Shown: positions 30,426 through 39,753, counted from the first letter of the stretch. The stretch is DNA of 64,000 nucleotides from a bacterium (GCA_022840695.1 JALHDC010000004.1:22907-86906); one strand, 5' to 3'. A program made the numbers and translations. Notes: generated by a model from the letters alone, not told the origin.

Positions 30426-30566
30426 CGAAGCTAAGATATTAGTAAGCAGTTAAAAGATTTCTTTAATCAGAGGTTCGAGCATCTTCCTCATAATAAACAG
30501 GTCATATATGTAGAAAATCTTATATTTCTATAACATACGTAAAACCGTATTCTTTGGAAACAAAAA

Positions 30567-31574
30567 CTACCTTAACATATAAAAACTATTCTTAGTACTA
30601 CCCTGTTTTTCTAAATAACCCTTTGAAACAAGACCATCTAGAAGATTGAAAGCCTGCTGTCTAGATATATCTAGATCCTTTGCAACATCAGAAGAAGTAA
30701 TCTCTTTGTACTTCTTAATTAGATCTAATACATCCTTTTCTCTATTTGTAGGACGCATATCAAAAGAAATATTCTTTAAACCTTCTTCTATCTTAGCTAA
30801 TGCAGACTGTAGAGAATATTTAACACCATCTGTAAAATACTCCAGCCATTCTGTTTTATCTCCACTATCTGCAGAGTGTAGGGAGTCAGAATACTGTATC
30901 CTATCAATATCATAGTAATCATCAAGTACAAAATACTTATTTATCTTGTATCCTAGTTGATCTAAAAGAAGAGTAGTGCTTAATCTACAAACTCTACCAT
31001 TACCATCTACAAATGGATGAATATATACAAACTCATGATGATATATACCTGCTTTAAGTATGTCTAAATCTTCTGAGGTGTTTGTCCAATCTATTAACTC
31101 CTCAAGTAGTTTTTCTATTCCTTTCTTAGTATGTTCTGGTGGATCATGCTTTACGACCACAGTACCTTTATCAGAGGGATTTCCAACTACAACCTTTCTA
31201 TCTCTTATATCTCCTGCAATTTCATCTTCAACTCCTTCTAAGAGTTCTTTGTGGATCTTTAATATCGTATCAATATCTAAAGTGTCATATTCTTTCCCTA
31301 TCTGTTTTAGGATATTAAAGTAGTTCTTTACTTCTTTTTCATCTCTGTTTGCCGGTACCCTTCCTCCAAGTATTAAATTAGTAACTTCTTCTTGAGAGAG
31401 TGGGTTACCTTCAATGCTATTAGAAGAAAAAGATGATTTAACAAGATTGTGTTTTTCTAGATTAAGAAGTAAATTTTTAGGAACTACTTGTGATTCTAAT
31501 TGACCATAGAGTCTTTCAATTGAAGATATATTTTCTAAGAGTTTTTTACTTAGTTTGTACTTAGGATTTAACAT
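30567..31574 (-). CDS. Fic/Doc-family protein (putative AMPylator or toxin) with a C-terminal winged-helix domain
   Basis: Fic motif 'HPFVDGNGRVCRL'. Confidence 0.8.
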   Translation of the reverse strand: MLNPKYKLSKKLLENISSIERLYGQLESQVVPKNLLLNLEKHNLVKSSFSSNSIEGNPLSQEEVTNLILGGRVPANRDEKEVKNYFNILKQIGKEYDTLDIDTILKIHKELLEGVEDEIAGDIRDRKVVVGNPSDKGTVVVKHDPPEHTKKGIEKLLEELIDWTNTSEDLDILKAGIYHHEFVYIHPFVDGNGRVCRLSTTLLLDQLGYKINKYFVLDDYYDIDRIQYSDSLHSADSGDKTEWLEYFTDGVKYSLQSALAKIEEGLKNISFDMRPTNREKDVLDLIKKYKEITSSDVAKDLDISRQQAFNLLDGLVSKGYLEKQGSTKNSFYMLR

Positions 31575-31589
31575 AGTTTATTATATGGA

Positions 31590-31635
31590 TTCGTCAAACA
31601 ATTGTCAAGTTATTTGACAATATAATTGACAACAA
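31590..31635. promoter_or_regulatory. operator-like repeats upstream of fic: palindrome TTGTCAA-gttat-TTGACAA plus a third TTGACAA
   Basis: Seen in sequence, 28-60 bp upstream of the fic start. Confidence 0.4.
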
Positions 31636-31729
31636 CATTATGGAATTACCCACAGAAAATATAGTAAGGTGAACGAGAATGTAACGGAATCTCAGATTAG
31701 CGAATACTCAAATTCTTCTGTTATATCAA

Positions 31730-31915
31730 CATTCTGACTTCGAATCGAGGAGATATAAATATGCGACGTTTTAGGAGTATTTCTATACACCAGGCCTAAT
31801 TTCTGAAAACTCGTTTTTTGAAGGTCGAAACAATCAAGGTTTAACAACCTTTCTAAGAGGTAGTACACGGGTCTATAAAGAACCAAAGGAATATGGCGGG
31901 ACATACGGGTCTGGA
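31730..31915 (-). repeat. copy C of the ~190-bp tRNA-Asp-associated direct repeat (more degenerate)
   Basis: 'CACCAGGCCTAATTTCTGAAAACTCGTTTTTTGAAGG' matches copy B 'CACCAGGCCTTACTTTTGGAAACTTCATTTTTTAAGG'. 'GTACACGGGTCTATA...AATATGGCGGGACATACGGGTCTGGAACC' matches the tRNA 3'-end region of copies A and B. Confidence 0.6.
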
Positions 31916-31925
31916 ACCTACTATC

Positions 31926-32537
31926 CTATACTTGAATAATTTTTATAGAATCATCTTTTATCCAAACATACTGTTGATTAGTAAGTGGAAGTATTTTAAC
32001 TCCTTCTGTATACATAGTATCTATTCCACTTAAATATTCATCATGGAATATATCACTTCCCCAATGGGGTAAAATAGATAAATCTACAATCTCTAATCCT
32101 GTTTTAGCTGCTATATTCAGACTTTGTAGGAATGTAGGCATTAATTTCCCAGTGACAAATGTTTCGGATTTGTCAGTAGTTCCTATAAAAGGTATTGGCT
32201 CTCCATCATAAAGTTTATCTAAATCTGGTATTTGAGAAATAATATTCCTCATTACGATTCGATTCCCTTCAACTGTATTTCTAAAAGCAATTGCTCCAAG
32301 CTTACCTCTTAATCCCCATCTTGCAGATGTCCCACATAACATATTTAAGTAGGAAGCTATGGTGTATTGATTCTCCCGATGACTAGACTTACTTTGTATA
32401 AATGAGATGTGTGGTCCATAAAATGTTTCCAAATTTGCCCTTGTGCTTATTGCTAATTGTAATGTTGAAGCTGCACTAAAAGTTGTAAAAATAGGCTTAA
32501 GTGTTTTTAATGCTTCGAAGTCTAGTTCTTCAATCAA
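31926..32537 (-). CDS. hypothetical protein, probably an N-terminally truncated gene remnant (weak metallophosphoesterase-like motifs). Uses a TTG start; the frame is open upstream to 32774 without an ATG.
   Basis: Manual upstream translation '...AIFPVAGNSHSEH-LIEELD...' with no ATG. Weak GNH-like motif. Confidence 0.35.
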   Translation of the reverse strand: MIEELDFEALKTLKPIFTTFSAASTLQLAISTRANLETFYGPHISFIQSKSSHRENQYTIASYLNMLCGTSARWGLRGKLGAIAFRNTVEGNRIVMRNIISQIPDLDKLYDGEPIPFIGTTDKSETFVTGKLMPTFLQSLNIAAKTGLEIVDLSILPHWGSDIFHDEYLSGIDTMYTEGVKILPLTNQQYVWIKDDSIKIIQV

Positions 32538-32784
32538 ATGTTCTGAATGACTATTCCCAGCTACGGGGAATATTGCTTTTGAACCTGAATTAACAGCTTG
32601 ATTAAATTTTGCAATTCTTTCAGCATCGTTACCCTGTAAGGCTGTATGATCCTTAACTTCGAAACCGAGAGAGTTAAGATATTCTTCTATTTCAGAGTTT
32701 CTATGAAAACGTTCGTCTTGTTGGGATGAGGGATTTACTAGCGATACAGTTGAATCTTTAGATAGCTATTCTGGTTTATTAAAC

Positions 32785-33396
32785 TCAATTTCCATTCTTA
32801 AATAAAATTCTGTCAAAAATAAGATTATTATCAAAACATGCAATTTCTAAATCTTTTAATTTCAAATAGTCTTCGTTAAAAACTTTTTCAGAGGGTTTGT
32901 AGTGAGGTATTAAAATTATATTTTCTAATATCCCGAAACCATGTCTGACTGTATAATCTTCTTTTGAAAGGTCTAAATATCCTTCGCATAGCAGTGCTGC
33001 TCCTGCGCTTAATCCTACCAATATCCCATCAAAGGTCTTTAAGAGAGAAATAAAATGCTTGTAGATTCTCTTCTCTTTTAATATTGTAATGAAAACTTCA
33101 GGATCTCCTGATCCAAGATATACGATACTTGAATTTGTAAATAAGTCAGTCAGTATCTTTTTGCTATATCTTTTTTTATGTAATCTAACGATATTTATTG
33201 AACATCCTAAATTCGCATATTCTGTTTCAAAGGCATTTATATAGTCGTTTCTATCACCAGAAGATGTTGGGAAGAATAAAACATTTAAGGGCAGATGATT
33301 CTCTTGCGCTATAAATATTACTTTTTTGTCGATTTCTTTGGTCTCTCCTGACCATATTCTACCGCCTCCAATAAGTATTCTAATTTTTCTTTTCAT
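32785..33396 (-). CDS. peptidase S51 (peptidase E / cyanophycinase-like) family protein
   Basis: 'VYLGSGDPEVF...LVGLSAGAALLCE' nucleophile-elbow region. Confidence 0.65.
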   Translation of the reverse strand: MKRKIRILIGGGRIWSGETKEIDKKVIFIAQENHLPLNVLFFPTSSGDRNDYINAFETEYANLGCSINIVRLHKKRYSKKILTDLFTNSSIVYLGSGDPEVFITILKEKRIYKHFISLLKTFDGILVGLSAGAALLCEGYLDLSKEDYTVRHGFGILENIILIPHYKPSEKVFNEDYLKLKDLEIACFDNNLIFDRILFKNGN

Positions 33397-34184
33397 CTAT
33401 ATCGAATAAAATATTATTTATTAGCTGGGATTGTTCGAATGTAATACCATATCTATTCCCAGCGGTTTCCATTAAGAGTTTCAATTTAGTTATTTCCATG
33501 TCATTAAGTGAAGAGATTATATTTTTTGTATTTACTTTATATTTAAGCATTTGTGTTAGTACTATTTGTCTTACTTCAATAGGGTATTCTCCGTTTAGAA
33601 TGTTGCTAAATTTTACTTTATCTAATTCGATTGCTAGGAGATTTCTTATTTCTCTGAGAATTTTTAAATATAGAGGGTAGACAAATTGATTTTCTTTTGT
33701 TTTCTTATACTTCAATACGAGTGTACAGATAAGTCTATTTATTTTGGTGTTATCGATAATACTTGTTCCGAAACTTGCTTTTGTATCTTCAGTACCAATA
33801 AAGCTTTGCTCATTCATAATACTTTCGATATCTTTATTAATTACAGAAAACAACTTCTTAATAATGTCTTTATCTTTGGATACTCCAATTATTAACTTCT
33901 TCTCCGCAAGGCATAAAGGAAAGGGCAATTATTTGCTTATTATTTTTTTCATACCAATCATCTAGATAGTTTCTTATAACTTGGTTATAAAGATCAACAA
34001 GATTTTCAGCATTTGCACGTCCATTTTTTGCTACAAAGACGCCAAGATTATCAAGATCTCCAGTTATTGCCCATAAATGAGAGTTGTTTTTATACTCAGA
34101 ATATCTTTGAAAAACAGAGACTATATGTGGATTGTAATAATATCTCCAATCAGTTTCGGAGATTCTATCTTTATTTCTAATCAA
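33380..34184 (-). pseudogene. degenerate GGDEF-like (nucleotide cyclase palm) gene split by a frameshift into a 104-aa N-terminal ORF (34184..33870) and a 182-aa C-terminal ORF (33928..33380). 'CGEE' replaces GGDEF.
   Basis: N-part 'ITGDLDNLGVFVAKNGRANAENLV...ALSFMPCGEE' parallels 'IYFDMDNLKTINDTYGHKMGDKAIL...ARLGGDEF' of the bona fide GGDEF at 34653. After a 1-nt shift in GAGAAGAAG the C-part continues 'KLIIGVSKDKD', matching 'FIIVVEEITGS'. Confidence 0.5.
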
Positions 34185-34354
34185 TGATTTTGTAATAAAA
34201 TATATTATTACAAAGCTATCTTATCATAGTCTAGTCTAAATAGAAAGTTATGGAAGGGTGTGTTGCTTTATGATATTCATAGGAAATTTCTGATGTAAAA
34301 TTACTTCTATGAGCAAATAAAGATTTGTTTTTTGACATGCCTTTTTGTTTTGTA

Positions 34355-34524
34355 AAATAAGGCTTCTACCTTCGAACCGAGGGCTCTAAAAAATGCATGT
34401 TTTTTGACTCTTTTCATCCACCAGGCCTTACTTTTGGAAACTTCATTTTTTAAGGCCCAAATAACTCAATCTCCATAAGGGTTTTAAAAGATAGTGGACG
34501 GGTCTTGTTGGAACATGTTGAAAA
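34355..34524 (-). repeat. copy B of the ~190-bp direct repeat (downstream flank of the intact tRNA-Asp)
   Basis: See copies A and C. Confidence 0.65.
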
Positions 34525-34601
34525 TGGCGGAATGGACGGGACTCGAACCCGCAACCTTCTCAGTGACAGTGAGATGCTCTAACCAATTGAGCTACCACTC
34601 C
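34525..34601 (-). tRNA. tRNA-Asp (anticodon GTC), CCA encoded
   Basis: Manual cloverleaf: GGAGTGG/CCATTCC acceptor, anticodon loop CTGTCAC, T-arm GCGGG-TTCGAGT-CCCGT. 74 nt plus CCA. Confidence 0.85.
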
Positions 34602-34652
34602 ATATATATCGAAAAAAGTATATCAAACTATATATAAAATAACAATAAAATA

Positions 34653-35612
34653 TTGTATACACCATATATAAATGATAACATTATCAAAATATATACAACT
34701 ACGACTATGAAAGAAATACAAAACATACTATCTCTCTTCCTAGATATAGTAATACTTGAAATAGATCCAGATGGAAATATACTAAACACGGTCATAAATA
34801 CCAACGAAGATTTTCAAATATCCAAATTCAAAAATGTATATGAACTCTTTACCAAAGAAGAGAAATTCAGACTAAAGAGAGTATTAGAAACAGGATTTGA
34901 TGTAAAAAAGAAATTCATGGAATTAGACAAATCTACAGGCATAGATGAATTTGTTGATGTTAACCTCTATGAAAAGGATTACAACCGATACCTCTTCATA
35001 CAATTCTTTGAATCTAACAGAGACAGAGAAGTAATATATGATAGGTACATTGAAAAATTAACAAACCTTGCAGAAAGAGACCCTCTTACTAAGGTATTCA
35101 ATAGAAAAGGATTTGATGAAAAAGTTAGAAGATTGGTAAATAGCAGTGATCCTAAGAAGAGATTAGGAATAATATATTTTGATATGGATAATCTTAAAAC
35201 CATAAATGATACATACGGTCATAAAATGGGAGACAAGGCCATACTAAATGTAATAGATATCCTAACATCAACAATTAGAGAAAGGGATATCGTAGCTAGA
35301 CTAGGAGGAGACGAATTCATCATAGTGGTTGAAGAAATTACTGGATCAAAGAGTACAGCACATGGATTAGCACAAAGATTACTTAAAGCAGTATCAAAAG
35401 AAAAAGACAAACAATATTCATCAACACTTTCAATGGGAGTACATATTGTAGAGGTAGAAGATATGTCTAAGAATGTAGAAGATTCAGAAAAATTCTCCGA
35501 GCAACTAAATAACCAGATAGAGAAAGCAGACAAAGCAGCATACCAATCAAAAAAGAATGGTAGAAATCAGGTCTCAGTTACAAAAGAATTTCTTAAATAC
35601 TACAAACTATAG
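34653..35612 (+). CDS. GGDEF-domain diguanylate cyclase with an N-terminal sensor-like domain (probable true start at MKEIQ, ~34707)
   Basis: 'LGIIYFDMDNLKTINDTYGHKMGDKAI...ARLGGDEFIIVVEE'. Confidence 0.8.
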   Translation: MYTPYINDNIIKIYTTTTMKEIQNILSLFLDIVILEIDPDGNILNTVINTNEDFQISKFKNVYELFTKEEKFRLKRVLETGFDVKKKFMELDKSTGIDEFVDVNLYEKDYNRYLFIQFFESNRDREVIYDRYIEKLTNLAERDPLTKVFNRKGFDEKVRRLVNSSDPKKRLGIIYFDMDNLKTINDTYGHKMGDKAILNVIDILTSTIRERDIVARLGGDEFIIVVEEITGSKSTAHGLAQRLLKAVSKEKDKQYSSTLSMGVHIVEVEDMSKNVEDSEKFSEQLNNQIEKADKAAYQSKKNGRNQVSVTKEFLKYYKL

Positions 35613-35927
35613 ATACTTCTCAATAGCTTCCTTGTAGCTCTCCTTAGCCATAGCTCCAATCAATCTCTCTACAACCTCTCCATTCTTGAATACATACACT
35701 GCAGGTATACTCATAATCTCATAGCTTTGTCCTAAAGTACCTTCCTCATCTACATTTACTTTTCCAACCTTAGCCTTACCCTCCATCTCTGTAGATAATT
35801 CCTCAATAACTGGTCCTACCATCTGACATGGTCCACACCAAGGAGCCCAAAAATCTACAATAGTTACACCCTCATGATCTAAAACCTCAGACTTAAAATT
35901 TTCGTCTGTTAAATGTAATAGTGACAT
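35607..35927 (-). CDS. trxA: thioredoxin
   Basis: 'WAPWCGPCQ' active site. 106 aa. Confidence 0.85.
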   Translation of the reverse strand: MSLLHLTDENFKSEVLDHEGVTIVDFWAPWCGPCQMVGPVIEELSTEMEGKAKVGKVNVDEEGTLGQSYEIMSIPAVYVFKNGEVVERLIGAMAKESYKEAIEKYL

Positions 35928-36006
35928 AGTAATAATATGTATAACAATTTAAAAGCATTGGAATATGGGCATTTCAATATATTCCTAGTATAATATCCAT
36001 TATACC

Positions 36007-37095
36007 ATGAACAGAATCGATATTAAAAAAGAGAAAAACTTAGCTATTAAAAAAGCCGTTGAAACATTAGAAAACGGTGGATTAATTGTATACCCAACTG
36101 AAACCTGCTACGGACTAGGAGGAGATGTTACAAACCCAGAAGCACTAAAAAAGATAATGGAATACAAAACACTAAGAGGATCCAAACCGGTATCAATAGC
36201 TGTAGCTAATAAGAAAATGGCAGAAGAATATGTAGATATAAATGATATGGCAGACAACCTCTATGAAAACTACCTACCAGGACCAATAACAGTAATATCA
36301 ATGAGCAAAGGTAACCTTGTTCCTCCAGTAGTATCAATACAAGGTGCAGTAGGAGTTAGATATCCAGATTACAACTTTACATTAGATTTAATTAAGGAAT
36401 TTGGTAAACCAATTACAGCAACATCTGCAAATGTATCCTACAAATCTCCACCATACAACATAGATCAACTAATTAAGGATTTACCTAAGAAAAGTTTAGA
36501 ACTAATTGGTCTCTTTCTTGATGCAGGACAGTTACCTAAGAATCAACCCTCTACAGTACTTGATACTACAATGAATCAACTCTCAGTATTAAGACAGGGT
36601 AAGATACAATTTGAAGATGCATTAATTAAGAACAAAAAAATTGAAGAAAAAGTAACAAAAAATACCCAAGAAACTATTGATTTAGGAAAAACTTTTACAA
36701 AGAAATACCTCTTAGAAAATAAACCAGTTGTAATTGCTCTAAGTGGAGAATTAGGAGCAGGAAAAACACAATTTGCCAAAGGTGTAGCAGAACAACTTGG
36801 TGTAAAAGATATTGTTAATTCTCCAACATATACCATAATTAATGAATATACATATATGTACAATGGTAAAGAAAAAATATTAGCACATATGGATACATGG
36901 AAACTTGAAGACCATGAATTGGAAACATCTGGTTTAATACAGCACTTAGAAAGTGGAAATATTGTACTAATAGAGTGGGCAGACAAATTCTACCAAGAAA
37001 TATCAGCACTTTGTGACAATATGAATATTCCCATATACAAGGTAAATATTAAATATATATCACTTAATGAAAGGAGCATAGAGATATATGAATAA
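36007..37095 (+). CDS. tsaC/tsaE: fused TsaC/YrdC (threonylcarbamoyl-AMP synthase) - TsaE (P-loop t6A protein) protein
   Basis: N-terminus 'LENGGLIVYPTETCYGLGGD' (YrdC/Sua5). C-terminus 'LSGELGAGKTQFAKGVAEQLGV...VNSPTYTIINEY...LIEWADKF' (TsaE). Overlaps tsaD by 8 bp. Confidence 0.75.
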   Translation: MNRIDIKKEKNLAIKKAVETLENGGLIVYPTETCYGLGGDVTNPEALKKIMEYKTLRGSKPVSIAVANKKMAEEYVDINDMADNLYENYLPGPITVISMSKGNLVPPVVSIQGAVGVRYPDYNFTLDLIKEFGKPITATSANVSYKSPPYNIDQLIKDLPKKSLELIGLFLDAGQLPKNQPSTVLDTTMNQLSVLRQGKIQFEDALIKNKKIEEKVTKNTQETIDLGKTFTKKYLLENKPVVIALSGELGAGKTQFAKGVAEQLGVKDIVNSPTYTIINEYTYMYNGKEKILAHMDTWKLEDHELETSGLIQHLESGNIVLIEWADKFYQEISALCDNMNIPIYKVNIKYISLNERSIEIYE

Positions 37096-38131
37096 TCCAT
37101 TAATATTAGCAATAGATACAAGTTGTGATGATACATCTGTAGCTGTATTAAGAGGCAACAAGATTCTCTCTTCTGAAGTATCCTCGCAAGTGGAAATACA
37201 TGCAAAGTGGGGTGGAGTTGTTCCAGATATAGCTAGAAGGGAACATGAAAAAAACATCCCTATGGTGTATGAACAAGCTCTTAAGAAAGCTAAAGTAAAT
37301 ATAGAGGATATAGATTATGTTGCTTCTACATATGGTCCAGGATTAGCCATAGATTTGGAAGTGGGTTTGAACTTTGCTAAAGATCTTGCTATTAAAAACA
37401 ACAAACCCTTTATTCCAGTAAACCATATGGAAGGTCATCTACTATCTGGGTTAATTGGTATAGATGGAAAGAAATCAGAAGAATATTTTCCTGCTTTAGC
37501 CCTATTAATTTCTGGTAAACATACAGAAATAGTATATGTAGAAAAAATAGGTAGTTACAAAAAATTAGGGGAGACTTTGGATGATGCAGTTGGCGAAGCA
37601 TTAGACAAGGTAGCTAGAATGTTAGACTTAGGATATCCAGGAGGCCCTGTAATATGTGAATTCGCTAAGAAAGGAAAATCAGGAAACATATCCTTCACTG
37701 TACCTATGAAAAACTCCAAAGATCTAAATTTTAGTTACTCTGGATTGAAGACAGCGGCCCTATACAAAGTAAAAGAGTTAAGAGAAGAGGGAAGAAAAGA
37801 GAAAGAATGGGTATATGATTTTTGTAGAGGGTTCCTTGATGCAATTATAGAATCTTTAAAGATCAAACTGGAAAGTGCAATTGAACAACACAATGAAGTT
37901 GAAACACTGTTTGTAGGAGGGGGAGTATTTAATAGTGAAGAGATATTAAGAGAGATTGGTAAGATGGCAAGATCATATGGATTAAAATTTGTTTTTTCTG
38001 AAAAAGAATACAGAGGAGATAATTCAGGAATGGTAGGGATAGCTGCATATTACAAAATACTTAGGAAAGAGTACTTAACCTTAAAGGAAGATATTGAGAA
38101 AGTAGATAGAAATCCAAGACTATCTCTTTAG
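37088..38131 (+). CDS. tsaD: tRNA N6-adenosine threonylcarbamoyltransferase TsaD (Kae1/Gcp family)
   Basis: 'ILAIDTSCDDTSVAVL', 'GGVVPDIARREH', 'NHMEGHL', 'GPGL'. Confidence 0.85.
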   Translation: MNNPLILAIDTSCDDTSVAVLRGNKILSSEVSSQVEIHAKWGGVVPDIARREHEKNIPMVYEQALKKAKVNIEDIDYVASTYGPGLAIDLEVGLNFAKDLAIKNNKPFIPVNHMEGHLLSGLIGIDGKKSEEYFPALALLISGKHTEIVYVEKIGSYKKLGETLDDAVGEALDKVARMLDLGYPGGPVICEFAKKGKSGNISFTVPMKNSKDLNFSYSGLKTAALYKVKELREEGRKEKEWVYDFCRGFLDAIIESLKIKLESAIEQHNEVETLFVGGGVFNSEEILREIGKMARSYGLKFVFSEKEYRGDNSGMVGIAAYYKILRKEYLTLKEDIEKVDRNPRLSL

Positions 38132-39397
38132 TATTTCTTCTATTTCTAATAGTCTATTATATTTCACTAATCTTTCTCCTCTTGATGGAGCTCCAAATTT
38201 ACAGAAATCTGCAGGTGTAGCTATTACTAAATCAGCAATGAAATCATCATTAGTTTCTCCACTTCTGTGTGATATTACAGAACTTAATCCATTGTCAGTA
38301 GATATCCTTATGGCATCTAAAGTCTCTGTAACACTCCCTATCTGATTTAATTTAATAAGGACACTGTTCATTGCTTTAGTATCTATACCATTCTGAATTC
38401 TTTTTACATTTGTAGTTAATAGATCATCTCCAATAATTACTAAATCTTTTCCTAACTCTTCTGTTAAACTTGTCCATCCGCTCCAATCATCTTGGTTCAA
38501 TGGATCTTCTATGGAATATATTGGATACTTTTTGTACCATTCCTTTTGTAGAGCTATCCATTCCTCAGTACTTAATTCTTTCTTTTCACTTTTCAAAATA
38601 TATTTTTCACTTTCTTCATTAAAGAACTCTGAACTTGCTAAATCCAAAGCAAATTTAAAATCATCTCCAACTTTAAATCCTGCTTTCTCTATACCCTTCA
38701 TTATTATCTCAAAAGCTTCTTCGTTACCTGTTAGTTCTTTTGGAGCATATCCTCCTTCTAAACCTAATCCGACAGAGTATCCTCTCTCATTTAAAACATC
38801 GTGTATATTATGAAATACCTCTGTACTTGATTTAAAGGCTTCTGAGAAACTTTTGAATTTATCCATATTTGGTACAATCATATATTCCTGTATATCAGTA
38901 GCCCAATTACCATGTTTTCCACCTTCCATAACCAATACCATGGGTGTAGGGAGTTTGAAATTACTTTCCTTGTACTCTTTGTCCCAATATATCATTGCGA
39001 GATATTCATAGAGATTTAGACCAAGGGAATTGGTAACTGCTCTTGCAAATGCCATTGAGCATGAAAGAATAGTATTTCCCCCAAGGTTTGATTTTAATTC
39101 CGTACCATCAGTACTATTTAATAGGTCATCAAATTCTTTTTGACTAGTAAATTCTTTGTCTACAACCAATTCCTTTATCTTCCCATTTATCGTTTCTACT
39201 GCCTTTAATACACCGTTTCCATTGTGTCTACTTGGATCATTGTCTCTTAATTCAAAAACTTCCGTTTTACCAGTAGATGAACCGGAAGGGACTTCTGATA
39301 CTCCTTTGTCTCCACTCCATAGTTCTATCTCTGTTGATATTGTAGGTATTCCTCTTGAATCTAGTATTTCTCTTGCATGTATATTTTTAATTTTCAT
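38120..39397 (-). CDS. eno: enolase
   Basis: 'IHAREILDSRGIPT', 'SHRSGETNDDFIADL' signature. Confidence 0.9.
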   Translation of the reverse strand: MKIKNIHAREILDSRGIPTISTEIELWSGDKGVSEVPSGSSTGKTEVFELRDNDPSRHNGNGVLKAVETINGKIKELVVDKEFTSQKEFDDLLNSTDGTELKSNLGGNTILSCSMAFARAVTNSLGLNLYEYLAMIYWDKEYKESNFKLPTPMVLVMEGGKHGNWATDIQEYMIVPNMDKFKSFSEAFKSSTEVFHNIHDVLNERGYSVGLGLEGGYAPKELTGNEEAFEIIMKGIEKAGFKVGDDFKFALDLASSEFFNEESEKYILKSEKKELSTEEWIALQKEWYKKYPIYSIEDPLNQDDWSGWTSLTEELGKDLVIIGDDLLTTNVKRIQNGIDTKAMNSVLIKLNQIGSVTETLDAIRISTDNGLSSVISHRSGETNDDFIADLVIATPADFCKFGAPSRGERLVKYNRLLEIEEILKR

Positions 39398-39495
39398 GTT
39401 CTTTTCTTAATATATTATGGTTACATTTTGCCTCAAACCAGATATTTTTGCAATTGAGTTTACATATGTAGTTTGATAGAATTGCTGTATAATAT

Positions 39496-39582
39496 GCCGA
39501 GGTGGTGGAATTGGCAGACACGCTACCTTGAGGTGGTAGTGGGATTTATACTCCCGTGCAGGTTCAACTCCTGTCCCCGGCA
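39496..39582 (+). tRNA. tRNA-Leu (anticodon GAG), long variable arm, no encoded CCA
   Basis: GCCGAGGTGGTGGAATTGGCAGACACGCTACCTTGAGGTGGTAG... is closely similar to bacterial tRNA-Leu. One A·C mismatch in the acceptor stem. Confidence 0.8.
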
Positions 39583-39593
39583 TATATATGTAG

Positions 39594-39667
39594 GGGCGAT
39601 TAGCTCAGCTGGTCAGAGCATCTCGTTTACACCGAGAGGGTCATAGGTTCGAATCCTATATCGCCCA
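39594..39667 (+). tRNA. tRNA-Val (anticodon TAC)
   Basis: Cloverleaf GGGCGAT/ATCGCCC, anticodon loop TTTACAC, T-arm ATAGG-TTCGAAT-CCTAT. Confidence 0.85.
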
Positions 39668-39753
39668 ATTTTCTTAAACAAATCTTTCTGATACTCTTGT
39701 CATCATACTCCCAGGTATGTAAAATGAATTAGGTTAATTTAACTGCCTTCTTA

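Noticed and set aside
30400-30490. Apparent minus-strand tRNA (TGGCGGGATGGACAGGACTCGAAC...)
   Set aside because: Only the 3' ~24 nt (T-loop, T-stem 3' half, acceptor 3' half, CCA) are tRNA-like. Upstream sequence cannot form T-stem, anticodon or D arms. Interpreted as a duplicated tRNA-Asp 3' fragment (att-like), not a gene.
33943-33950. A7/T7 homopolymer as the site of the GGDEF-like frameshift
   Set aside because: The 182-aa frame has a stop (TAA at 33929-31) immediately upstream of its start, so the frame change must occur between 33870 and 33928 (in GAGAAGAAG), not at the homopolymer.
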